From NCBI GenBank assembly GCA_002633005.1, contig NMRA01001039.1:1-34419 (forward strand): DNA of 34,419 nucleotides. Reading direction: 5' to 3'. Of the stretch, positions 11,601-23,135 are shown piece by piece. Within the stretch, counting starts at the first letter, position 1. Every line of letters begins with the position of its first letter. A model generated the notes under the pieces. The model saw only the letters and a program-made list of their open reading frames with translations, searched no databases and was not told the DNA's origin. Origin of the DNA: Phoronis australis (taxonomy: Eukaryota > Animalia > Phoronida). The translations under genes were made by a program, and so were the position numbers.

Positions 11601-13547
11601 TATTATATAAAAACGAGAATGACATTCTCGCCCGCATGTTCATCGTTGCATTATGGTTTACCTCATTAGCTAGCCCGTGCATTAGCGTCCAGCACTACTC
11701 AATAAGTATAACCTCACCTTCAATAAGTCATCATAATTTCCACATGAATGAAGAAAAATACAGTGAACTGATAAGGAAAGGGAAGGCTTACGCCAAGTCA
11801 ACAATGTGACGTCACTTTTGCAAATTTGCAGCATTGGCAATCATTAAAAGAAATTTGTATAATACTGCTACTGAAGTTATCATTATGTAAATTACTTTAG
11901 GTAGTAAGTAAAGGATCATTTAAAATTAGCGGAAACTTTAATGGATTCCTATTGATTTACTCGATTGATTTCAAGAATTCGTCATTTTAAAGCTTTTGAG
12001 TCGGAGTTGTCCGTAATTTTGTGGGGAAGACCTTATCGACAAGTCTGTGTATTTGGGCAAAAAACTATAGACCGTAACTCATTAAAAGTATGTATTTTAT
12101 GAAAGTAGAAGCCAATCTTCTATTAGTTGGGTCACGTGACCGTGTCTTTCAGTAAACAGGAAAGGTACATTCATAGCAAAATAACGGCCTCAACAACATG
12201 CGCAGATTTAAAAAAACGCTGTGACAGTTTTTTGAATTATTATGTCGTTTTAGTTTTAGGCAACCTGATTATTTTTTCACGAAAAACATTAATGGCCTAT
12301 TGTTTGATAGCCCTGATGCAAAACGTAAACATTCTAAAGACAATTCTTAAAAGCGTTTTGGAGACGATGGCGTAAGGCATAGTATGTGACAGTCTCACAT
12401 GAATTTGATCAGCCATTTCTGAGATGTGATGTTCCGAAGGCGGCCAGATTTGGACATTTTTTGTACAGGTCATACATAACTTTAATTGTGTATTTTTCAC
12501 ATTACAGTGAATCATGGCGAATGATACATTCAAATATTGGGAAAAATCTAAAGTAAAGTTTAGCATGAGACCTAAATTTTTTTATTTATCAATAGTAAAA
12601 AGAAGCGGAAGTTGCTTTTTCACTATTTTATCTACAGAACGATAGAATTAAGAAGTGTGTATAGTATGAAGAATTCAAATTACTACATTATTCCAATCTG
12701 CCGTGGTATGGCTCACGTGATCATTTTCTTTTTAGCAAAATTATGCATAAAGAAAGGTACGTTCATAGCAAAACAGCGATATAAGCATAGGACCAAATTG
12801 GTAGGAAAGGTGAAATCTCGAAAACGTCCCATCTTCCTAAATTATTTTTTCCCGTAAACTAACCTTTACAGTTTCTTTCATACCTAAAGCACCCTAAGAT
12901 GGGTTGCAGTCGTGCTAACGTATTAAAAGTGTGAATATTAAATGCGTTGGCCATTAAAGGGTTGATTTTTTTATTTCCCAGCAATTCACCCCTGTCAAAA
13001 ATAGTGGATTTTCCTCGGGACAGTTCAGGAAAGTACCGCCTCATTTTTCCGACGCCACGAACAACTAGCAAACTGCGTTCAAACCAAGACCTTAGGATCG
13101 AACCGTGCACATTTATCGTAAATTCACTGACTAGAGATGTATCGATGATGAATGTCATTTCATTTGTATTTTGTGTGTCTAATCTACATATTTTCCCCGC
13201 GTGGCACTGGCATGAACAAATAAATTAAATTTTAAATGTGTGGAACAATTTCACATTTACCAAAAATAGAAAAGTGCAGTTTTTTATATTTTTGTCACTC
13301 GGGAGAACAATTATGCAGCTTTTGCAATTACAACCGCTGAAATGTTTGTATACTTTTGTAAGCATCGGTCGACGGTCGTCTAGTACCAGAATAAGATCTA
13401 TTTATCCGCACACTACAGTACTGTAAAAATTATAATCCTTTTTGGAAATTATTTGTATTTTTCACAATATAATGTTTTCTCAAATTAAGCTTTTGCCCTG
13501 TATTTGTTCACTTATACTCCTAAATTTAGTGAATCTTTTTGTTATAA

Positions 13548-13798
13548 TAGGGTGTCCCAAAAATTGTACTAGCCCTTCAGTACACCGCCAGGAGTTCAAA
13601 TTCAGTTTCGGTAGACTAGACTCCCCGCCTACGATTGCTGTATAGTTGTGCCATAAACTAACACCTCCCATCAAAAAACTCCGACTAAATTCCTTTTAGG
13701 TAACCTCTTTTATGAATTAAATCAAGCAGTAATCTGTTTCCTAAGTAATTGTTGCAGGTGTTGTCATTTAAAATGTGAATACATTCTGGGACACCTTG
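13548..13798. mobile_element. Tc1/mariner-like MITE
   Basis: Inverted ends TAGGGTGTCCCAAAA / TTCTGGGACACCTTG, with TA following the right end. Confidence 0.6.
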
Positions 13799-13807
13799 TA
13801 GTTATGT

Positions 13808-14053
13808 GGCCCGTTCCGATGAACTGAATTAAGTTCATTTTTGGTTTAAGTCAAAGATTTGTTTCAACTTCCAGACTGAAACTTCCACATCCAGTAAGGT
13901 ATTCAAACTTAAGACAAAACTCAAGTCAAAAAGTTATGTCAAACTTAAGATCACATTCTTGGAAAGCACTTAAGACAAAGTTAAGTTTTGTCTTAACATT
14001 GACTTAAATTTAAGATTTTTTCTTAAGTTAGTGAGTTTTCTTGGAATGGGTCC
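13808..14053. mobile_element. PIF/Harbinger-like MITE with internal CTTAAG-rich repeats
   Basis: Imperfect ends GGCCCGTTCC / GGAATGGGTCC; repeated ACTTAAGAC / GTCTTAA motifs inside. Confidence 0.45.
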
Positions 14054-14124
14054 ATGATTGACATTCTCTCAGAAACCGGCGAATGTATTGCGAAACACAA
14101 ACTCGATACAACATTCTTTTGCAG

Positions 14125-14474
14125 GAGAGCGACTCCGCAGGTCGAAATTTGTAGTGATTGCTAATGTGACGTCGTGGACTATTGCTTTTGTGTGGAGTAC
14201 GATTCCCTTACTCGGCTGGAGTGAATATACTTATGAAACGTACGGCACAGCTTGTACCCTAAACTGGCGTGACCAGTCACCGGCTGGTATCTCCTATCTC
14301 GTTGTATCGACTGTTTTAGTAATGGGAATTCCATTATGTGTAACAGCATATTCGTATTTCAACATATTTAGAGTTATTAGGACGAAAATGAACTCTTCTA
14401 AAACACTTCACAAGAATACCAGATGTTCTAGGAAAAGGAAAAACGTGCTGCGTCGAGAAGTTCATGCTGCGAAG
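14125..14474 (+). CDS. Opsin-like GPCR, internal exon encoding TM4-ECL2-TM5-ICL3
   Basis: Acceptor ttcttttgcag|, donor aag|gtaaaa. Phase 1 in matches the previous exon (G+GA=Gly). Encodes ...SWTIAFVWSTIPLLGWSEYTYETYGTACTLNWRDQSPAGISYLVVSTVLVMGIPLCVTAYSYFNIFRVIR...REVHAAK. PLLGWSxY, E181, C187 and T188 are typical of group-4 opsins. Confidence 0.9.
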
Positions 14475-14811
14475 GTAAAACGCTAATTTTTTGAGTTTAC
14501 TATTTCACATTTACTTTTAAGCATTATTTTCCTTCTATAAGCAGAGCTATTAATGGAGTGAATATCTTTGTTGTTGACATCCATTTCGTCATGATGGCGA
14601 TCATCATAATTGTCAACGTCGGCATCTTAATTTTCATTAGTGTTGACTCCATCCACACGGTTGCATTATTAATTGAAAATGCAATTTTCTCGGTTTTCAA
14701 ACAGTTTATTAGGGTAACCTAAAATTGCAAACTCGAAAATGGCGCATATACGCATTGCTTGTGATTTGAGTTGGTAACGGGAATGAAATCCCATTAGAAA
14801 TACGTGCGAAT

Positions 14812-14886
14812 GAAAAACTCTGTAGTCACCACAGAGTTTCTAATATCCCTCCCAGTTATGATAAATGCGGCCATATGCTCACAGCC
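14812..14886 (-). repeat. Dispersed hairpin-terminated repeat (copy 2, inverted relative to 7653-7725)
   Basis: Reverse complement reads CTGTGAG...GCATTTATCATAACTGGGAGGGATATTAGAAACTCTGTGGTGACTACAGAGTTTTTCA. Confidence 0.7.
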
Positions 14887-17800
14887 ATTCGACAACAGCT
14901 GACTTACAAGATGGATATTAACGGCAGATTACCATGTGTGATCGCACTCCGAATCTGTGGTGGACAGCACAGTATGAGGCGAGCCAGTGGAGCAACTGAT
15001 ATTTAAAAAGAATTTCAAGTACACTTTAGAATATTATTTGAATTGTACATCTATCCTTATAACTAGTTTTAAACAGAGTTCACATCAATTGCCTCTTAAA
15101 TGGGCGGCGCAGCACTGAAAAAAGTGGGGGGTCTAAAGCCTCCTCAGACTGAGTCCTTAAATTGGGGGAGTTGCATGAAAAGATCCCTAATTATTTCGAT
15201 GATATTGACAATTCAACCTAGAGTTCACTCTCGATTTGTATCAAAGTCAAAAGTTGACTTGATAATGAAACTAAAACAATACAAAAAAGGGCAATCGATG
15301 TTTTTACGAGTCCAAAAATACGCATAAAATTTAGGGAATTTAGTTGAGTACCTATTTGGAACTGTTTCATGCAACTGGGCACAGGCCTCTTTAAATTATA
15401 GTGCGTTGCTAATCACTTGCGTCAACGGTAACCATTTGAGTTCACCCCTACCAAACAGACCTCTCGTGGGCGTACTTCGGTGGCCGCAATTGAATATGTC
15501 TGCGGTTTGAAGAGTTTTCCAAAATGATCAGCGAGTGTCAAACAATACAAGGCTTTAGGAGAAACAGGACAAGGTGTATTTTAGCACGTTTTGGCTAATC
15601 TACAAAATAACTTTACTAACAGTATCATTGATTCCATAGACTTTCTAACTACATGTTTGGGTCTTCATTTTATGTCGATGTCGTTGGCACATTTTCGGTT
15701 TATGGGGCCTGTTTACTTACATACGCCCGGTCTTATATTTCGGGTAAAGCAAATATAAAAAATAAAGGATGGTCAAAACTGTTACTAAATCTGATTGCAC
15801 ACGTCTTATTTATTTAGTTTTCAGTTTTTAAAATTATGTCACAGAAGCATGACATATTTGTTTCATTTTCACATTTCACTATTTTGTCTCCGTTTCTGAA
15901 TACAATCAATTGAGATTATCACTTATCCAGTACCAAAATATGCTACTGAAAAGTATGCTTCTTTTCGAGACTTACTTGAGAATTTTTAAAAAGCAATGTT
16001 TCTTTGACCACTGTCGACTTTTTCAAGCTTCTATGACACCTTGACCCGGGGTCTTGTCTTTGTATTCGAAATTATTTTTGCTTTGCCATTTTCCGCTCTA
16101 CTTTCAATTTGTGCGATCTCAAGATAAGTCTCTGTAATTCTGTGCTCGAGTGCATACATAGATGAGCTTCTGGTCCAAATTCGGTCATGATCATTTCTAC
16201 ATTCGAGCTACAAACTTGAATAAAAAATCGAGATTTCGAGTTCTGACTCGAACTTTAATTCTGGCTGGGTCATCGAGTACAAACTAGGCAATCCACGTAT
16301 AGGGGAAATGCTAATAATTTCGAGTTCGATTTCCAGTAGTAAAATCAGCTGTGCTTCGTTATTTTATTACAAGTCGCCGATTCCTAGTACAGGCTACCAG
16401 TCAAACTGATCTCAAACTGAGGTGGCGACCTCATGAGTTGTGAAAATGGCCGATGCGGGCAGATAGTAGTGCTGATCAAAGCCGCTATGAAAAAGCCAAG
16501 GGGGTAATCTCGTGTGTGTGTGTGAGACAAAGAGGCGAAAATTTACGTACATCTGGAACCAAGTGTACCCTACAGTTACCTCCTTCCCGCGTTCCTAATA
16601 TTTTTCAAGTAAAATTTTTAAAATCTTCGCATAAATAAACAATGGCGTTACTAGGTACTCTTGGAGGGTGCGTAGCTTTGTTCCAGCCACCAGTGCGCCG
16701 AGTCGGCTTCGTGCAAACCGATAATACATTCAAGTTCCTGACTGCATTGACTGTATTGTGAACAGTCTGTAAGACAAGGTTTGAATCGGCTAACACCACT
16801 ACAGAGACCGAATTTATAAAAGAATTGCTGTCAACAAGGTGGACATCAACAGAGTAAAATATTATTGCAATAAGGTTTACTTGTGGGCAGGGACCAGTCG
16901 ACGTTGCTAAGTTACGCAACCTCATTTTTATAGCCAATTATGAGCCAGAATAAATCGGAGTCGTCTAGTCTCAGGAACTGGTCTACGTGCGCCCGTGATC
17001 CATTTATATCCTCGGTGAGAAGCATGAATACATGTGGACAGGCACGTGCTATCTCTCTTCCTGTATTGCGGTTTTGATATCAACATTTGCACCTTTTTTG
17101 AAGTGGCATAATCGGCGACAAGGGAGCTGGAGTAAAAGACGCAAAGTTGAACAGAATGGACGAATTTTATCTCAGACAATACTTTAATAGTTTTTGAGCC
17201 TTTTCATCAAAAATACTTCGATTTTTAAGTGAATGTGTTTTTGCTTTTGCTTTCACAAATTTGCCAGGTCAATGACCGTCGGCCTCCCTACTGAACCACG
17301 TGACCTTCAGATGCTGTTTTACTCGCAAGGTCACCTACGTACCCGGTGATCAAATTCCATACCTGGACCATGGGTGCGGAACATTATATTACTGGAAAGT
17401 TCAACTCATTTCTCACGGCATCCCAGTGCCTCGATTTCGTTCCCAATTGCTTATTCTAGAGAATTCACTCCTTCACTGCGCTTCAGCTGTTCTTTTCTTC
17501 CCACATACACTCAGCCGACAACAGCTAGTCTCTTGTTTTTTACGCCGGCTTTGACTTGCACCTCCCCTAGGGTTCGTCCATGGAACGGATGAGGGCACAC
17601 CTGCACCCACTTAGAGCCCCCGCATCGCCACCGGAGTCGTCGATCATTTTTCACGGTCAGTAAATAGATTTTCGTTAAGTCTACCGCGGGTACCAGCGAA
17701 ATGGCTGGAAGCCAAACTCGGGAATAGGCGACTTCAAATAAAACTACAACTTACAGCGGATTTGATTGCTTTATAGTTGCAATCCAAGCTCAGAGCTTCC

Positions 17801-18264
17801 GGAAGTCTATCCTATCCAAAAACAATCTCGTTTTTTGGCCCTAAAAGCGATTGTGTACCTTTAATTCTCGAAAACTTCTATTTCAAGAATACAATCACTG
17901 CATGCTCTTGGCTAGTTGTCAGAAAGACGTAAAGCAATCGTTTTTTTTCTACATTGGCTTACTTATAACACACTTGAATATGATTGTGTAGTTCAAATAA
18001 CAGATTATTTAGTTCGAAAATATTGATTTTGCGTTGAGTTTTTTATTATGTTGTTTCGGTCTTAAAGGGTTCGAATTGCGATATACAGGGATGGAAACAA
18101 CGTTAGTGTCGAATTCGTGAACATAGTTTCTCACATGCACGGCTCCCGCCAAGTAAACTCAGTTCACCAACTCACACACTCATCTCTGGACACACAAACA
18201 CGGCTCACAGGTCGCCAAACACTGTCCTTGGACTCAAAAATCAAGTCTGTCATATTGCATAACG

Positions 18265-18493
18265 CATGGGCTCACCCAGGGGGGCTCGGGGGCTCAAAGG
18301 AGCCCCCCAATTTGGCGAATTGGGCAAAAAGATCCGCCTCAGTGAAACAAAAATTCCGAGTAAACGAGACAAAAGCCTGAACCTGGTGGCCTTGTTTTTT
18401 TTTCTTTTTAGTCCCCGTTGATTTTTTTTCAGTAAAAGTTCCTCATACCGAAAAATTCGAGCCCCCTTATATTTTAGGCTGGGTGCGCGCAAG
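18265..18493. mobile_element. hAT-like MITE
   Basis: GC-rich inverted ends CATGGGCTCACCCAG...GGGGGCTCG / CGAGCCCCC...CTGGGTGCGCGCAAG around an AT-rich core. Confidence 0.5.
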
Positions 18494-19583
18494 TAACGCA
18501 CCGAAAAAGCTCATTGACCCACAAGTTAGCACGGGTCACCAACTGCCGAACAAGTGTACAGACTCCATGTACGTTGTTAGCAGTGGCGAATTGACTGTTA
18601 GACAGGTGAGGTTTTTGTCCTTGGCTAGCCGCAAAGCTGGGGCAGGACTATACTCTTTCACAGTGCTACGAAAGAAAGCGCTGTGGAGTGTTGTTTATTA
18701 TGACTTCTTATTGGTTGAGGTTATGAAACTGACGTCATAACATTCAGTCCTTCCCATTGGTTGAAATCTGGGAAACCTCTTTCAGTTTACTGTTACGTAG
18801 TATGGCGACCACCTTTGACTTGAATAGTTGCAATTTATTAAAACGGGCAGTAATCGAAGTTAACAAAATCAAGGGATCCCTGATCTCGTAGAAAAGCCCA
18901 AACAATTACAATGCATAGAAGGCGTGTGCAAGTGGTGGCGATGTGATCGATAAACTTCAGACCAATCATGCGCATTGATGCCCACACATGGAAATCCGTG
19001 TGTCGTTCATCATGTTACCACAGGGCCACTTTTCAGTATAGGTGGCGCTGTGTCAGAGGTTCGTGCAGGACCGGAAGCATAAAGAGGCATCAAAGCCAGG
19101 TTGTGAGGTATTATACTGGACAAAAACTGTCTCAAAACGGAACGTCGAAACGGTGACGTCATCGATATCGGAGCTCTTCATGCTGGATGTTAGTGGTGCC
19201 CTCTGCCATCTGCCTACTAATCTGTGGTACTTGGAAGTGTTTTGTCGTGCTTTTGGACACTTAATCATGACGAGAGAAAATGTAAGTTTGATTTGGCATA
19301 AGTAGAGTAAAATTTTGCCATCACGACTATCTTTTTTCCATATCCCGTGTGGTATAAGAAATTCCTGTGGACAAAAGTAGCACTGATATGATGCCCATGC
19401 AGACTGATCTACAATCTTTAGTACTTTACTGTGTTAGTGTAGTGTTGGATAATCTAGTGTTGTATTGGACAAAAAATGTCCAAATATAACAGACTGGCAT
19501 TAGCTATAATGCTTACTGTTGTACAGTCAAGTGACCTAATTATCGGACGTTTTGGCACATTTTGCATTATATTTAATTGAAAA

Positions 19584-20558
19584 TGAGATTACCCGACCCA
19601 GGGATCGAACCAGCAACCCCCATAAAACCGACAAGCGTGCGAACCATTCAGCTAATAGATATATGGCACGATATAGGGTAAAGTGAAAACGTGCATTTTA
19701 AAATGTATACAGGGGGGGGTCGATGGTCAGGCCGGCAAGATACAGTCCTAGTAGTGTCCCGGCGGTCCACGGTGTCAAGTCTGGCAGCTTGCGGGGTCTG
19801 CGGTGCCGAGGCCCGAGCGGTGCAGGCCGGTCTGTCCCTGCGTATGTGCAAAAAGTCCCAAGAAATGTGTCGATTATTGGCCATTTGAGTCGCTTTCAGG
19901 AACGTTGGGTTGAAAAATTTTGCGAGTACAAAGAAATGTGTATATGACTATCGGCGCCGGAGTGCGGAATCACGGTAGCCATCGGGTAGGAGCCTGGCCA
20001 GTGGAAGACAGGGGGCGCACGTCCGTACTGGGCACTGAGTTGAAGACAGGGGGCGCACGGGTACGTTCTCTTTGGCGGAGTGGAGCGGACAGGACTGAGA
20101 TCTGAGGTTTGTGGACTTTTGTTACTCCGGGCATGATTAGGAAGTTTCCGCGGATTTTGGTCGCGAAACGAAATGTGTCGATTTCACCCTCAATAATCGA
20201 CACATTTTAAAATGCGCGTTTTCACTATACCCTATATCGTGCCACTGTTGAGCTAATAGGCAATTGCCCCTTAGCGAGTAGCTAACAGAGGCTCATATAA
20301 TTCACCGCAAGCACATCTACAACATTCCCCCCTTCCCTACGGAACGGGCACGCGACCAGGAAGGTGAACACCAGGATGTCTCGCATACAGGTCATCAACG
20401 TCCCTTGGTACCTTTACCACCACAACACAGGTGATCACAAGGTAGTCTCTCATACAGGTCCTTGACTCCTGGAACCTTCCACGCGCGCCGTCCCGAGGTC
20501 CGTGGGTACTAGTTGGCAGTGCTTCATTGGTAGATCATCCGGAAGCACATCTACAACA
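19584..20558 (-). mobile_element. Miniature LTR retrotransposon (TRIM) with tRNA-like LTR, Helenus-like; nested layer 3
   Basis: On the minus strand a polypurine tract (20337-20325) abuts an LTR starting TGTTGTAGATGTGCTT (20324) and ending TCTCA (19584). The same LTR start recurs at 20558. AAAA flanks both ends. The LTR contains an A box (TAGCTSAATGG) and a B box (GGTTCGATCCC, 19611-19601). Confidence 0.72.
19659..20250. mobile_element. MITE with about 43-bp TIRs inserted in the TRIM LTR; nested layer 4
   Basis: TIR TGGCACGATATAGGGTAWAGTGAAAACGYGCATTTTAAAATGT (2 mismatches). Direct repeat AGCTAATAG at 19650-19658 and 20251-20259. Internal repeat GAAGACAGGGGGCGCACG twice. The right end ...GCCACTG is hAT-like, while a 9-bp TSD would be MULE-like; superfamily unresolved. 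Confidence 0.8.
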
Positions 20559-21284
20559 AAAATACTACGGATTGTTGTAAATTCTTTGCTGATGTAAAGA
20601 CTTACCTTTACGGAATTGTTCTGTTACTATATGTGGTCATTTATGTTCTGACTGATCTTTAAAAAACACAACTAGCAAACCTTCGGAGAACCTAAATATC
20701 GAACACCATGTTTCCCCATACGCCCCACCACGGAAATCTGACTAACCATGTAATGGCCGCAGGCACCTTGTAGCCAAATCTAAGCTCGAGTTTTTTGACA
20801 TATATGCTGCTAGAACACTGGTCCATTCGCAACAAAATTATCCATAAAATGAAATCTGATGACAGCGCCAAGTCGTTTCAATGAATCAGTGCAGATGGCT
20901 AAAGCACATGCAAACTCACTGCAGTTTTTAGTATCTCGTTGGATTCTTGATATATGACACCCGGACATGCGTGGTTGGGATTTCACGTGAATTCAAAAGC
21001 AAATGAAAAACTGGAACAGTGACATATTGTCAGTTCATTGAGATGGTTTCATTGTGGAAAAAGATTTTGTTTCAACTTTTGTAACCGATTTATGCAATCG
21101 TCCATTTTAGGCCGACTTGGGGGTCTAAAAAACAAGACAACGCTGTAAAAAATGAGACGGTGTCGGACATGGAATGCATTACAGCAGAACAAAAATTGGT
21201 GTCATTTAATTCTTAAATTATGCTTCAAGTAAGATTTTATGAAATGTCCGATATTTAGGGTCCATCCGATAATTAGGTACACTG

Positions 21285-21555
21285 TGTATTGGACAAAAAA
21301 TGTCCACATATAATGGACTCGTATTAACTATAATGCTTACTGTTGTATTGGACAAAAATGTCCACATATAATGGACTGATATTTGCTATAATGTTTACTG
21401 GTCTGTTCAACAAAAATGTCCAGATATAACATTGCTATTAGTTATAATGCTTATTGTTTTATTGGACAAAAAATGTACACATATAATGGAATCGTATTAA
21501 CTATAATTCTTATTGTTGTATTGGACAAAATCTGTGAATATAACAGACTGATATA
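21285..21555. repeat. Tandem minisatellite, about 58-bp unit, 4-5 copies
   Basis: Repeated TGTTGTATTGGACAAAAAATGTCCACATATAATGGACTCGTATTAACTATAATGCTTAC with substitutions; another unit at about 19457-19523. Confidence 0.9.
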
Positions 21556-23135
21556 GAGGCCCACCGGTCGCCAAGCACGGTGCATGTCGGACCCAAAGCA
21601 CGACATACGCTCCCGAAACACGTGTTCTTCATCTCTCAACCACATACATGGGGCACGGAATCCATACCCGTGGACCGTTTGTCAGACACTGAATTGCGTC
21701 TGGGAGTCGGGGCTGCGCTTCGGGATGCGCAAATCGTGTTATGTGAGATTAAATTTTGACTCAGCTGCAATCAATTTTGAACGTTGATCCCGCGTCGCCT
21801 TTTTCACAGGTCTTAAATAATTCTGTAAGTTGTCAAACCCGTGAAGAAATGACCACACTGGGTTTGTATACTTTTCAGCTACTATAGTTGAAAATGTCAG
21901 AAAATGTCAAAGAGGGGGATTCATTTTCAACGGCTTCGTATAACAAATTTGTACAGCAAAGCATCGCGAAATGACTTGGTTCCTACGTCATTGTCATCTT
22001 ATCAAAGCAATGCCTTCCACCTGTCGCATTTCGGTGTCGTCGAAATTGTTGTTGTCTTTGGCGGCATCATTTGGGAGTTGTAATGGACAGCAGTAGACTG
22101 AATGGGATTGGCCGCGTGAAACTGGCAACGACTGGCTTGGGAGATGACCTAAAAACGACGGAGGCGGAGCAACATTGATGTCAATTGGGAGTTTTGATGA
22201 CGTGAAATTGGTGAGATGACTGGGGGAGGCCGAGTTTCATATTTTAGTGCGGTTTGTTGTGTGTCACCTCGGGGCGGTCTGTTCGTGCTCTCTCGTTAAC
22301 TTACTTGATACTCGAGTTGGGACGAAGTTGACTTTGAATTTAGAAGTGAACACAATACAATCCATCCGATAGTCTCCAACTTTCTCCGTCATCTCATTGC
22401 CGCAAGCTCAGTCCTTCTCGCCTTGATCGTGAATCGAAACTTGGCTAATTCTCTCTGGTTGTCTAGACATGCACTTTATTGTCTTGCAATTCAACATATT
22501 TGCTCTGACACACCCTTGTGTTTCGTTCCTGAGTAAGAGTCTTCTTCTAAACCTCTTCTAAAGCACGAAAGGGTAAAAATTTATTGAGAGTCTCTTTTTT
22601 CATGCGAGTATGGTTCGAAATTTCATTTATCACTAAACCTTTTATCTTTAAAAAACACGACACTCAAATATTTGTTGAAAGATGACTTTAGTATAGACTC
22701 CGTTGAAAAACATTCCGAGGGCATTTATCGCGGGGTCAAACTTACTCAATTATCATAGCGTTCGGTGAGCCGTGTTCATTAGTCAGCGACTGTTGTATCA
22801 GGTCCGTGACTCGTGGTTTTAAGTGGGAAACTTTGTTCGTGAGTTTGGTATCCTTGTCTTTTGGGTAGCCTGAAATCTGTCACAGAAAAGCGTCTCTCTC
22901 ATTCTTCCGTTTCGATGAATTTGGTGCGCAAGGACCCTCCGATTACATGCTTATCTCTTCGTCTACACTAGGAACTAGGTCTACACAAGCTACAGCGCAT
23001 GACCAGACGTTTGTTTACAGATTATTAGCAGTGAAGACGTTCATGGTACGAACATTCTGGTAACAGAAAGGAACATTTACGTGCAGTCATTCAGTATCGA
23101 TTACGAAACGGCAGTCTTATTTCGGAGGTTATTAA

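Larger units (their letters stand above)
19524..21286. mobile_element. TA-targeting (Tc1/mariner/pogo-like) non-autonomous DNA element, nested layer 2
   Basis: Splits a minisatellite unit at TA (CTTACTGTTG-TA|...|TA-TTGGACAAAA). Imperfect inverted ends share ACCTAATTATCGGA / TCCGATAATTAGGT. Confidence 0.6.
19109..21555. mobile_element. Minisatellite-bearing element of unknown class carrying three nested insertions (copy 1)
   Basis: Similarity to 32771-34419 starts abruptly here with unrelated left flanks. GAGG is present on both sides (19105-19108, 21556-21559). Units of about 58 bp (TGTATTGGACAAAAAATGTCC...) occur on both sides of the nested insertions. Confidence 0.65.

Noticed and set aside
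16605-17179. ORFs of 110 and 83 aa on the minus strand and a stop-interrupted plus-strand frame from 16642
   Set aside because: No recognisable motif or supporting splice structure; not the missing opsin TM6/TM7.
19648-20203. Cluster of overlapping short ORFs, repeated at 33283-33832
   Set aside because: They arise from the GC-rich interior of a MITE, show no recognisable domain, and differ by a frameshifting G-run indel between copies.
21285-21555. Regularly spaced repeats resembling a CRISPR array (also 29240-29510 and 31190-31440)
   Set aside because: The whole unit repeats without unique spacers, the context is eukaryotic and there are no cas genes. These are a minisatellite and transposon subterminal repeats.
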